The notes under the pieces were generated by a model. The model ran no database searches, was not told the DNA's origin, and was given only the letters and a program-made list of their open reading frames with translations. Position numbers and translations under genes: made by a program. A DNA stretch of 64,000 nucleotides from Octopus sinensis. Taxonomy: Eukaryota. The DNA lies in the NCBI RefSeq assembly GCF_006345805.1, contig NC_042997.1, positions 191,394,001-191,458,000 of the forward strand, written 5' to 3'. Shown in pieces: positions 12,401 to 25,551 of this stretch (positions are counted from its first letter, which is position 1; every line of letters starts with the position of its first letter).

Positions 12401-15400
12401 GTCCCATCTTCTCCCATATGATGTCCTTGGTCATTGTCAACAATAACAGATGAATTAATAATAATGATAATAATAATGGTTTCAAATTTTGCCACAAGGG
12501 CAGCAATTTGTGGGGAGGAGATGAGTCGATTACATTGACCCCAGTGTTCAACAGGTACTTATTTTGTCAACCCCGAAAGGATGAAAGTTGAAGTTGACCT
12601 TAGTGGAACTTGAACTCACAATGAAGCGACAGGCAAAATACTGTTAAACCTCTCATCTAGCACACTAACGATTCTGCCAGCTCATCGCCTTTAATAATAA
12701 AAATTATCATTATCACCATCATCATCATCGTTTAACGTCTGCTTTCCATGCTAGCATGGGTTGGATGATTTGACTGAGGACTGGCGAACCACATGGCTGC
12801 ACCAGGCAGAGTTTCTACAGCTGGATGCCCTTCCTTACGCCAACCACTCTGAGAATGTAGTAGGTGCTTTTACATGCCACCGACACGAGGGTCAGTCAGG
12901 CGGTACTGGCAACAGCCACAGTCAAATGGTGTTTTATGAATAATAATAATACTAATAATATTAATAATAATAATAATCCTTATTAATTAGACTGTTGGTT
13001 GAAGGTTTATTAATAAAATACCTCACAGCTGGTTGGAGGTTAATAACTGGAATACCAGACTTGTAGTTTTTGATAATGCTGGAAGTACCTTACTGTTGGC
13101 ATAGTAATAGACTGTCAGAAAATTTGTGACTTTGTCCTCGAATATCAGGCACATGGCTAGTGTCTAAGTGTTAGGATGTTATCCTGATAATTGGGCATCC
13201 CATTTGGAGTTAAGTTTGACTCTTGTTTTACCCAAGATTCTAATATAATGCAAATTTTACCAGTTATCACAATCTGTTGTATTCTAATATTGAAAGAATA
13301 AAATACATGTTGTTGGTTACCTTAAATTGTTTATATTACTATTATACTGAGAACTTTATTCTTGTCTTATCTAGTTCTTCTCCAGGAGCAACATCTGGCT
13401 ATACTCGCTTTGCTTGGCAGGACAGCACCACAGTAGCAGAAAAGGAAGATGATCGGAAGATATTTGAGCCAGGTTTGCTAATTTTAATATCTCGTTATTA
13501 TTCTGGATAACGGAATTGGTAGAACATTGAACAAAATACTTTGTAGTGTAAGGTAGTATATGTTCTAAGTCACAATCCTGCTTTGCTCTTCAACCTTCAG
13601 AGGATGATGAAATATTTAAGCATTGGGGTCAATACAATATATACAATCCATGGAAAACAGAGTTTAGACGATGAATATATATACACATATTCGAGCAGGG
13701 TCGTTACCAGTGCCACCGGACTGGCTACCATGCAGGTAGCACGTAAAAACACATTTTGAGCATGGTCATTGCCAGAACTACCTGACTGGCCCTCATGCCG
13801 GTGGCACATAAAAAGCACCCACTACACTCTCAGAGGGGTTGGCATTAGGAAGGGCATCCAGCTGTAGAAACTTTGCAAGATCAGATTGAGCCTGTTGCAG
13901 CCTCTGGCTCACCAGTCCTCAGTCAAGCCGTCCAACCCAGCATGGAAAGCGGATGTAAAACGATGATGATGATGGTATACACATATATGAGGGTGGTTCA
14001 GAAAGTAATGCAATTTTAATTTGTATTACTTTTCCTTCACCCTCACATATATGAGGGTCTGTCAGTCCGGGTTTTGTCTCCATTAATAGGGGTCGCTGGA
14101 TCTACCTCAGTGCCATAGCAACCACCTTCACACCATCTCACCAGCTTTCCCGGTTTTGGGCACCCTCCTTTTTCAAACTACTTTGAAATAAACTACCTTG
14201 TACGAGTATGCAATACACACACACACACCCTCTGCATGTGGTACCATAACAAGATACTGCATCATCAGTCCAGTCACTAAAACCAGTAAAAGAAGGAAAG
14301 GGTATTCATATTGCTTTTTTACTTCGGCACATCACCACAAATTTTTGTGGTTGGGTTAGACATAATTTGATTAAACACAGTACTTGAGTAGTGCTTACTT
14401 CCTCAATCCTCAGAGGAGAGTTAAAGTCAGTTTCACAGGGATTTGAACTCTAAGCAAAAATTGACATAAATAAATAAATACAACAAAGCATTCAGTTCTC
14501 TAATTAACCATTTCTGCCATTTCATTGTCTTTGTTAATGACATAAATTACCCTCCTCATTCACCTCATTTAATGTCTGTTTTCCATGCTGGCATGGGTTG
14601 GTCAGTTTGAGAGAATCCAGCAAACCACAGGACCGCATTGAGCTCCATAGTCAGCTTTGGCATAGTTTCTTCTGCTGGGTACCCCTCCTAACACCAAAGA
14701 TCTCCCTAATGCCACTGCTCATATTAATGACGTGCAAAATGCGCCCCCCTCCTCCAATAGACGGTGCTGAATTGTCAAATATTTAAACCAAATTTTCTCA
14801 AAACAACTTGTCCGACCATCCCATAGGCCACCCCTTTGAGAAACACCGATTTAACCTAAATTTGAGACACCAGCAAAAGAAGAAATAAAGATAGACTTTT
14901 TTTCTATTCTAAAGGAAAACGATTTTATTCACACAAATATGCAACCGAAGAGTTTAAAGTACCAGTAATGATAAGGCTGTTGACTGGGAGAACACAAACA
15001 TGGTTTAAACAGTAAGTTTGGCAGGAAAGAAACATGTCTTTAAGCAGTACAAAAACAACAAAAAATGGAAGGTGCAGTTATGTACAGGTTGACGGAAGAA
15101 AAGCAGGACAAAAATGGCTTTATCAATCGCATTCTCACCTGGAATCGATTTTTGTAATTTTTTCAAGACTTACATACGCCCTGACACCGTCGGTATCTAC
15201 ATATCAAATTTGAATGCAATCGGACGGAGGATGCCCGAGATCCTAGAAGACACACACAGAGACAGACAGAACAGATTTTATATAATAGATGTAAACAATA
15301 TGCTTTTGATTATCATCATCATTTAATGTTCATTGTCCATGTTGGCATGGGTTGGGCAGTTTGACCAGGGCTGGCAAGCTGGAAGGCTGCACCAGACAAT

Positions 15401-18400
15401 AATACAAACTAGTTATTGCTATTGTTGTTTTGTACCAAACATCATTGTTGATCTTGGTGACCTATGATATAAGGCATTCCTGCTGTGACCATCCTCTTAT
15501 TTTTTTCCCAGACACTATAATTAAGACTACATTCTGTAGTATGTCCTTCCTTTTATAAGTTGTTAAGATCTGATGCGAATGAGATTTGGTTGCTATTTCT
15601 AGCAGGTAGAGAGACCATGTAGAATCATATATTGAAATAGTGGCTTGTATGTGTATGCATAAGCATGTGTTTACATTGTGTGTGTGTGACATGCATGCAT
15701 GTGAGAGTTGTAGCTACATTTAGTTGTCCAATGACAATAATACTTATGTCTCAACAAATTGGGGGGAACCTATACAATGTTGTTCAGCTTGCTAGAAATA
15801 GCAGCCAAATCTCACTCAAATTATCTTGCTGTCTTAAAGGAAAGACACATTGAATAATGTTATCCTGGGTATTTTGTATAAAAAAAAAATGAAAGGAAGT
15901 AGGATGATCATTGTTAGAATGTTGTTGGTTATAAGTCTATTGGTGTAGACTTGGGTTAAACAACATCAGCAACAAATGCTGTCTTTTAAACTTCTTCAAT
16001 CACTGAACTTTCTTATTTATTTCATATATCTTCCCTTACTACTACCCACTCCTTTGAGGGTATAAAGTGATGGTGGGGATGGTAAGGTACACCTAACAGG
16101 TAATAAATATATGTGTATGTAAGTTTGTATGTCTGTACTTATGTATACTCATACTCACACATATACAATATATGCTATCTATAACTAGTCTTAATTATCC
16201 TATTGCATACCCTGACTACCTCAATTATTTATCTATTCATTTCTCAGTTAACAGTATGCCTACCCTACTTGTACCATCATTTTTCCTTACCCAGAAGAAT
16301 TTGTATTGCTTTGAGGATTTTAGCTGAGGATCCTTTCCATCTTATCTTCTGCACACAGCACACATCTATTCATCTCTACTACAACATCTCCACAATTACA
16401 ACAGACCTCCATTAATTGGTGTAACCCTTAAATTTTGTAGCTATTTCGAAGAAGGAAGGGATTTTCTATGATAAATCTGTTCATTGTCTGTGTATCTGTA
16501 CCATACAGAAGATGTCCTGTATTATTCTTTCATTCATTCAGTGTTTTTCTTTTACTTTCATAAAGATATACTCAATCGTACGATGACACTTGGATCATAC
16601 CATGTCCCAGATGTTACTGAGCCAGTTCCATCAGTACCAGGTCAAACTCCAGACATTCTTGATCAACCTACATATCCACCAAAGAAAGTAAAAAAAAGTG
16701 TTAAAATTCAAAGTAAAGAGAAACAAGATTTTGTGCCGTTATTTTTACCAACATCTAATCCTCCAGAATATATCACCAAAGTTCATTCCTCTTGCCAAAC
16801 CGTACCATTTTATGATGAACCATTGAAAGATAAGAATTATCAGGAAGATTTAAATGGTCCTCGGAAGATTATTGGTTCAGGTAAAATTCTTAGAAATCAT
16901 CATCATCAGCATCGTTTAATGTCTGCTTTCCATGCTAGCATGGGTTGGACGGTTCAACTGGGGTTTGGGAAGCCAGGAGGCTGCACCAGGCCCAGTCTGA
17001 TCTGGCAGAGTTTCTACGGCTGGATGCCCTTCCTAATGCCAACCACTCCATGACTGTAGTGGGTGCTTTTTACGTGACAAGTTTATTATAGTGATTAAAT
17101 TGGTTACTAGGGCTCAAAATATTAATTATTTGCTCCCATGCTGGTGGCACATAAAGAGCATCATTTGAGCTTGGTTGATGCCAGTGCCGCCTGACTGGCC
17201 CCTGTGCCGGTAGCATGTAAAAAGCATCCACTACACTCTCGGAGTGGTCGGCATTAGGAATGGCATCCAGATCAGACTGCAGCCTGGTGCAGCCTCCTGG
17301 CTTGCCAATCCTCAGTCAAACTGTCCAACCCATGCCAGCATAGAAAGTGGACATTAAACGATGATGATGTGTGTGTCAGGCATGATTGTAAGGTTATTAG
17401 TGCAATACCCAGTGATATATTGTAGCCTTGAGCAAGACTCTTTATTTCACATTGCTCCAGTCCACCCGACTGGCAAAAATGAGTTGAACCTATAATTCAA
17501 AGAGCAACTCTTGTCACATTCTGTATCACTCTGAATCTCTCTGAGAACTACATAAAAAGGGTACACATGTCTGTGGAGTACTCGGCCGCTTGCAGGTTAA
17601 TTTCACGAGCAGGTTGTTTGTTGATTGGGTCAACTGGAATATTCATTGTCATAGCTGACAGAGTACTAGCTATTGTTGTTACGAAGGTGCACAGCTTAGT
17701 GGTTAGAGCATTTGAAATAGGTATTTCATCTGCTGTTATGTTCTGAGTTCAAATTCCACCGAGGTCAATTTTACCTTTCATCCTTTCAGGGTCAATAAAT
17801 TAAGTACCAGTTACGCACTGGAGTCGATGTAATCAACTTAATCCCTTTGCCTGTCCTTGTTTGTCCCCTCTGTGTTTAGCCCCCTGTAGGCAATAAAGAA
17901 ATAAGAATTGTTAGTGCACTGGAGGAAATGCTTAGTGTTATTTCACCTGTCACTATGTTCTGAGTTTAAATTCTGCCAAGGTTGACTTTGCCATTCATCC
18001 TTTTGGGTTTGATGAATTAAGTACCTGTCAAGTACTGGGGTCTATGTAATTGACTATCCTCCTCCCCACAAATTCCAGGCCTTGTGCCTATATTAGAAAG
18101 GATTATCTAAAACTTATGCAGACATGGCTGTGGGGTTAAAAAGTTCACTTGGCAACTGCATGGTTTCGAGTTCAGTCTTACTGCACCGCACCTTTAGCAA
18201 GTGTCTTCTACTCCAGCCCTGGGTTGACTAATGCCTTGTGAGTGATTTGGTATTTGTAAGCCCTGTAAAATAACTCAGTGTCACACTGAATCTCCTTGAG
18301 AACTACATTAAGAGTATGTGTGTCTGTGAAGTGCTCAGCCGCTCGCATGTTAATTTCATGAGCAGGCTGTTCGATTGATCACATCAACTGGAACACATAT

Positions 18401-21400
18401 CATTGTAACTGATGGAGTGCCTCAATATATATATATACACCAAGCTATTTTTGTTGTCGCAACATAGCACAGCCGTGCTATGGCATACTTCAACCAATCA
18501 GAGCTGGGCACATATTAATATCAGAAGCAGTTATCTGCCCCATAGGTAAGCTCATGTTTTTTAACAGTTAGCAGAAGAATACAAGACAAACTGCATCGGT
18601 TCTCCAAAGATGGGATCTGCCTTTTGTCTTTCTCCCCAACTTAGCACCACAGACTTCTGAATCATATTCAGCCCTCAATGCTGACTACATCATGGACATC
18701 CTATTTCGTTTTTGTCAACTTTGCCTTGCGAGCACCTTTTCAGTTAGTCTCTATCAACACAATGCTACCTATATCATGAGTGGTTTATTTCCATCTAAGC
18801 TAGCTTTTAATGATTTCCAACAAAATCATTTGTTCACTCATAAGTTTTATCTCTTTTCTCTAACTCTTACACATACATCTTTAATAAAAATTTCAATGTT
18901 TTGTTCAAAAACTTCCTTTTGATATTCATTTACACATGCTTCTCAAAAGCACATTTAATGGACTTCTCCATTAACACTTTCATACATTAAATCAGAGGCC
19001 CACAGACAAGCTGTTTTCAAGGCCCTGCTTATCTATCGCATTCTGGATCCTTTGCCTCAGTGAAGCTCATTACGGCTAGATTCTTCTAGCCAACTCGAGG
19101 CATTGCATCATTGACTAGCCTCGATCTTGCTTCTATTTCCCAAGGTTGATGGTGCATACACACATTCATGCTCCCTTCGGCACCTTCAGCACACCAGACG
19201 CACATTCCGTCACATTCACTTGATCTTGTGGGACCCTGGCCTGTCAGTCAAGGATACGCTTACATTTCACATTGGTGACTTTTATGTTGCTTACATTCTA
19301 CACTGGCTTCCATACTAAGCTAATGACTTACTACTGTGTATTACTTTTTCAGACACAAAACCATCTTTATTTCCAACAAATATTAGAAGGTTAGTATTGT
19401 ATTTTTCACAATCTTCTCATTTTATTTACAAAATGTTTCATAATGCAGCTATGTAAAGTGTCCTACTTCTGCTCCAATGCAGGTAGTTGAGATAGACCAA
19501 GGAGGATTTGGAATAAAGTCGTTAGATGGTACCAGAGAACCATGAGTTTATCAGATAAAATGATATAGGATTAACCCTTCTTTGGCATTCAGATTACTGT
19601 CTCAAATGCCTATTTATTCACATTGTTTTGAAAGAATCTTGCATCATCTCATAGCTTTGAGATTTCAATGATGTGGTTATTTATTTTTAGAACATAGTAG
19701 GGTGAGAGCCCAAATCTAGCCAGTTTAAACATAAAACAGGTAAAATATTTTGACCTGATATGGCTGGTTTACCACTGTGCCAAAAGAGACATAGAAATAC
19801 CAAGATGATAATGTTTGAAGTAAGTGTCGATATTGTTTAAATGGTATTTTTCCAAATTCTAAGGCAGTGAGCTGGCAGAAACGTTAGCACGCCGGGCGAA
19901 ATGCTGAGCGGTATTTCGTCTGCCGTTACGTTCTGAGTTCAAATTCCGCCGAGGTCAACTTTGGCTTTCATCCTTTCGGGGTCGATTAAATAAGTACCAG
20001 TTACGCACTGGGGTCGATGTAATCGACTTAATCCGTGTGTCTGTCCTTGTTTGTTCCCTCTATGTTTAGCCCCTTGTGGGTAGTAAAGAAATAGGTATTT
20101 TTCCTTATAAAATCTGAAAATTAGTCAAGATTCTCAGATAGATTTTTTTTTCTGTTTTCTTTTTCGTTCTTTAAAACGTTTTTGTTAATTGCCTGGTTTA
20201 TTTACTTGTTTTCAGTCAGTCATTTTCAGCAGACATTAACCCTGATTTGATGCTTATGTTCTTGTAGAAATTCTGACTCATCAACTCAAACGGAGAAAGC
20301 CTTCTATCCTGAATCGAATGATATCTTAGAGCAATACAGACCTGGACGCAGTACAAATCAGTAAGTGAATAAAATTTTACAGAAAGTCTAGAGTATTAGT
20401 AAAATAATGTTATCATCTGTTGTGTCTGGGGAGAGTCATTTTCTTTTTATGCCTTATTATGTAATACACTCGCTGGTAAAATTTCCACTTTTTTCTTATT
20501 TTTATTTTCCTAAAATTTTTGTTGCGTCTTGCAACCTTTTCAATAGTTTTGAGTCAAAATTTTCGTTGCGTCTTGCAATCTTTTCAGTAGTCTTGACTAT
20601 TGAAAAGGTTGCAACACTCAACGAAAATTTTAGGACAATAAAAATAAGAAAAAAGTGGAAATTTTACTGGTGAGTGTGTTACATAATAAGGCACAAAAAG
20701 AAAATGACTCTCCCCAGACACAACAGAATATGCTTCAATACACGAACTCATATAAAGAATCTTGCAAACCAAATCCAAAAATGAAATGTTATCATCATCA
20801 TCATCATTTAACACTTGTTTTCCAAATCCCGTGATGTCACCTTCACTTCTGACAACACCAAAGCCCATCGTTGTCACTGGAAATCTCATCTGCGTGACTC
20901 TAGGCATGTCATTAGATGAGACAGGAAGCCATCTGTTGTTCTGGGAGTTGATCTGGTCTTGGCAGAAATTCTTCTCGCTGGAGAAGAACCACAGCATATG
21001 TAGTTCCAGTGGGTGTTTCAACTTGTTGATCAGCTTCTTGGCGTGTTTAAGTCGCATATCCTGCATTGCCTTGGACAGAAACTTTCCATATTGATCTTGT
21101 ATGCAAAGTAGGAAATATCCTTCTGTGCCACCAGCCTGATGAGCTTTCCATCCACACCTTTGCATTGAATTGCTGGGATCATTGTTGATGATCTCCTGGA
21201 TTTCAGCGATGAATTCCAACATTCTGATGGTATCAGATCGACAATCATGGCTCTTCCTCTCTGCTGTCTCCTTGTAGTTGAATTCTGAATCTTCCCGCTC
21301 CTTTCTGACCTCTTCCACCATCCTTCTGCTGACATTGAAGAAGTCTGAAATCTCCTTTTTTGTCCTTCTGATGCAGATTCCAAGGACTCCATGCCTCTTC

Positions 21401-21569
21401 CACAAATTGGAGGCTTCAAAATTTTCGATTGTCAATTATTCTGCAAAAAAATAAAACACAAATGGTTATTAAGAAGAAAAAGACCAACAAGAAAAGTAAA
21501 TAGAATATACATAAAGTTAGCAGTTGATAATTGCAAACAAATACTGACCACACCCTGTGTGTGTATATA

Positions 21570-21608
<39 letters not shown>

Positions 21609-24600
21609 CAGATCGCCATGTTGATTCGCTAGCTTCTGCACGCATTTTTTTCTCTCCTTGTTTCTTTCCGTGTTTCTTTTCTGTGTATCTTTCTGTTGAA
21701 GAGCGTAGGCTCGAAACGTAAAAGACTTGTTTTATTTATATTCCTGAGCGGCATACTAATACAATTGTTTGTTTGTATTCCACCTGCCTTCGTCTTTTGT
21801 TTATTTTCATAAAGCTTCCCGTTTTATATATATATATATATACACATATATATGAGAATATTGTAGTTCGTTTGAAGCATTGTGTATTGTTTGTAAACAA
21901 TAATAATAAATAGTAATAATGTGTTTTGAATGACACAACAGTGCACTATAATAACAACAATGGACTATAATAACTGGTGTCATTTAATCATTTATAGTCT
22001 GATATAGTATTTCAGAATATAAAAATTCCTTCTTCAGATATCCCTAGGGATTGATTGGGAAAATCAATTGTAGCACTGACTCGATCAATCTCCAGGGATA
22101 TCTGAAGAAGGAATTTTTATATTCCAAAATATTATATCAGACTATGGATGATTAAATTACACCAGTTATTATAGTGCACTGTTGTGCCATTCAAAACACA
22201 TTATTACTGTTTATCATACATATATATAATTTTGACAAAACAAGTACAGCTCAATGCTAAATATTTTGGTATTTGGATCATGATTTCTCGTTCTGGCAAA
22301 AAGCCTCAACCTTCATCAGCAAGTTTTACCCACTGAGAAAACTGAAAAATTTTTTCCAGTTGGTAAAAGGAATTCCAACCACGTGTCATGGTTTGATACC
22401 CCAACAGCCCTTTTATAGGATCCAGTGGCTAAAGACATCATCAGGAGGAACTACGTCTGGTTTCATTCACTACTCCTCTACCATTTTCAACATGCTCCAC
22501 CCCCTTTTGGGGGTGTCATCAGCTCTGGTGTTGAGTGCATTTTTTTCTTTCTCTTTTCTTTTGTTCTTTGGTTTCTTCAATGCAGTGTCAATGAATGTCA
22601 GCATCCCTTTAAATATATGCAGGTAGGCTCCAGCAGCCAGCATCACCTAACTGTCATGTGACACTGTCTAAGCTTCAACTGACCAATAGAAGGGAAGGGC
22701 ATGTAGTTTTGGCCCATGCCCTCCCTAAACCTGCCTTTCAACAGTGTTGTGTTAGTTTCAGTTCCTGCAGCCAGAGCCAACCAGCTGTTTGGTAGTACAA
22801 GCCTTTGAACCAGGAGCAGGGCATGCTATGAAATAAGATTGCTACCTTGGCCTACCTGTCAGTCAGTGATGCTGCTTAAGTATCAGCCAGCCTCACCTAG
22901 CAGTGCTATTTCCCAGTCCGCATGTTATGGCTTTCAAGCCATTTTGGGTCTTCTCGTTTCAGTCACTTGCTGATGAAGGCTGGGGCTTTTTTGCCAGAAC
23001 TAGAAATCACAGTTTGACTGGGGACTGGTGAACCAGATGGCTACACCAGGTTCCAATTCTGGTGCAGCCATCTGGTTCACCAGTCCCCAGTCAAACCATC
23101 CAAACCATGCCAGCATGGAAAACAGGTGTTAAACGATGATGATGATCATGGAACAACCCTAGTTCTTTTTTTTTTTTAAGCTTGTTATTTATTCTGTCAG
23201 TCTCTTGCCAAACTGTTAAGTTACGGGGACATAAACACACCAAGGACCAGTGGTGGGGGACAAACACATACACACACACACACACACTCACATAACAAGC
23301 TTCTTTTAGTTTCCATCTACCAAATCCATTCAAAGCTTTGATTGGTTTGAGGCTATATTAGAAGACACTTACTCAAGGTGCCATGCAGTGGGTCTGAACC
23401 CAGAACCATGTGGTTGGGAAGCAAACTTCTTACCACACAGCTGTGCCTCTCTATGTGTCTATGTACGAGGAGTGTATGAAAAGTCTTAAGCCTTAATAAA
23501 ACAAAACATGGTACAAAACTTCTGATGAAGGTTCAAGATTTCAAAACTCAGAGGCCTTCAAGGCCCAGAACTTTTCATACATGCCCTCATATAAAAAAAT
23601 AAACTGAAGTTCTGTCTGCATTTGCATCATGTTATGTCTTTGCTTATTCTCTAGACTATTGGATATGATTGAGTCAGCATTAAAACAACTGCAAATTGAA
23701 AGTCAACCAACATGCTATGACAAGATTCCTCAGAAACAAGTACACTTTGAAGACGTATACAAACCTAAGGAGAAATGTTTCCATCAGAACCCTATTGTCT
23801 CTCGTGATTGGAAGAAAAATAAACAATTACAAGTAAGGAACCTTCTTTTTTTTATGCTATTAGCAGAGAATACCCTCCATCAGGCATTTGCCATATTCGG
23901 AACGCCTTATTTTCCTGGGCATGGATACATTGAAACTCCGACGTCAGCAGCTGACTTGGCAGACACCCATAAAATTATTAACCATCTTACTAATAATAAC
24001 CCTGAGCACCTTTTCAAACTCCATCTGTCTAACACCTGTGGACATGTTTACAAAGTCAGAAAAACAGCACAGCTCCTATGACTTTGGAAACATTTTTTCA
24101 CTCTAAGAGTTGCTGAAGCATGGAACAAACTGCCGGCATCAGTTGTTAGTTGTCGGAGCACTGCATCCTTCAAAACTGCCATGCTTCCTGAGATTCACCA
24201 ACACTACACCTGATTTCCTCCCCTCCATACACACGCAAGCATGTATCTGGCTCATACAATTTTCACTTCCCAGACATTTGTACATTACTGCATATGCTTT
24301 ATATGCACTTTTGACAAGTTGTGGTGCACCTGAGCACTGTATATAATAATTTCATTATTATTATTAAAAATCTTCATTGCTTGTCATTTATTACTTAGGA
24401 AACTCAAGTATTTTTTTTATATTAACCCTTTAGTATTCAAACCAGCCATATCCAGCCCAAATATTCTACCTGTTTTATGTCCAAACCATCCAGATCTGGC
24501 TTCTCACACCTACCCTACAATGTCATTTGAAAAATAAACAATCAAATCAAATCAAAGTTTTGAATCTCTGAGAAAATGCATTAGGAGTGGCTGTGTGGTA

Positions 24601-25504
24601 AGTAGCTTGCTTACGAACCACATGGTTTCGGGTTCAGTCCTACTGCATGGCATCTTGGGTAAGTGTCTTCTACTATAGCCTCGGGCCGACCAAAGCCTTG
24701 TGAGTGGATTTGGTAGACGGACACTGAAAGAAGCCTGTCGTATATATGTATATATATATATGTGTGTGTATATGTTTGTCCCCCCAACATTGCTTGACAA
24801 CCGATGCTGGTGTGTTCACGTCCCCGTAACTTAACGGTTCAGCAAAAGAGACCGATAGAATAAGTACTAGACTGACAAAGAATAAGTCCTGGGTTCGATT
24901 TGCTCGACTAAATGTGGTGCTCCAGCATGGCCACAGTCAAATGACTGAAACAAGTAAAGGAATAAAAGAGAGAGTAAAGTGTATACCAAGCTGGACTGCA
25001 TGTCAATGAAACAAGTTTATATCACTGTTACATTTGTTGCTGCATTTGTTATATGTTTTTGTTGTTGTTGTTGCTACTGTTGTTTTCATCTTTAATTTAT
25101 TTTTACATCCACCATTTCCAGTTTCTGAAAAAGAACTACTCAGAAGACCTTGCCCAGTTTTCAGAAGATGTTAAGTTGACCCTGAAAAGTGAAAAAACTG
25201 CTGCTAACATGAAAGTAAGTAGTTTTGTATTGTTACATCTGTTTCATCATGAATGAATTGTATTTGTGTTCCTTGACATACTCTTTTACTCTTTTACTTG
25301 TTTCAGTCATTTGACTGCAGCCATGCTGGAGCACCATCTTTAGTCGAGCAAATCGACCCCAGGACTTATTCTTTGGAAGCCTAGTACTTATTCTATTGCT
25401 CTCTTTTGCCGACCCGCTAAGTTACGGGGACATAAACATACCACCGTCGGTTTTCAAGCGATGTTGGGGGGACAAACCCAGACACATAAACATATACACA
25501 CACA

Positions 25505-25551
<47 letters not shown>

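Noticed and set aside
20584-21435. 283-aa ORF, the longest in the track
   Set aside because: Chimera of a frameshifted Tc1/mariner remnant and the palindromic element; not a host gene.
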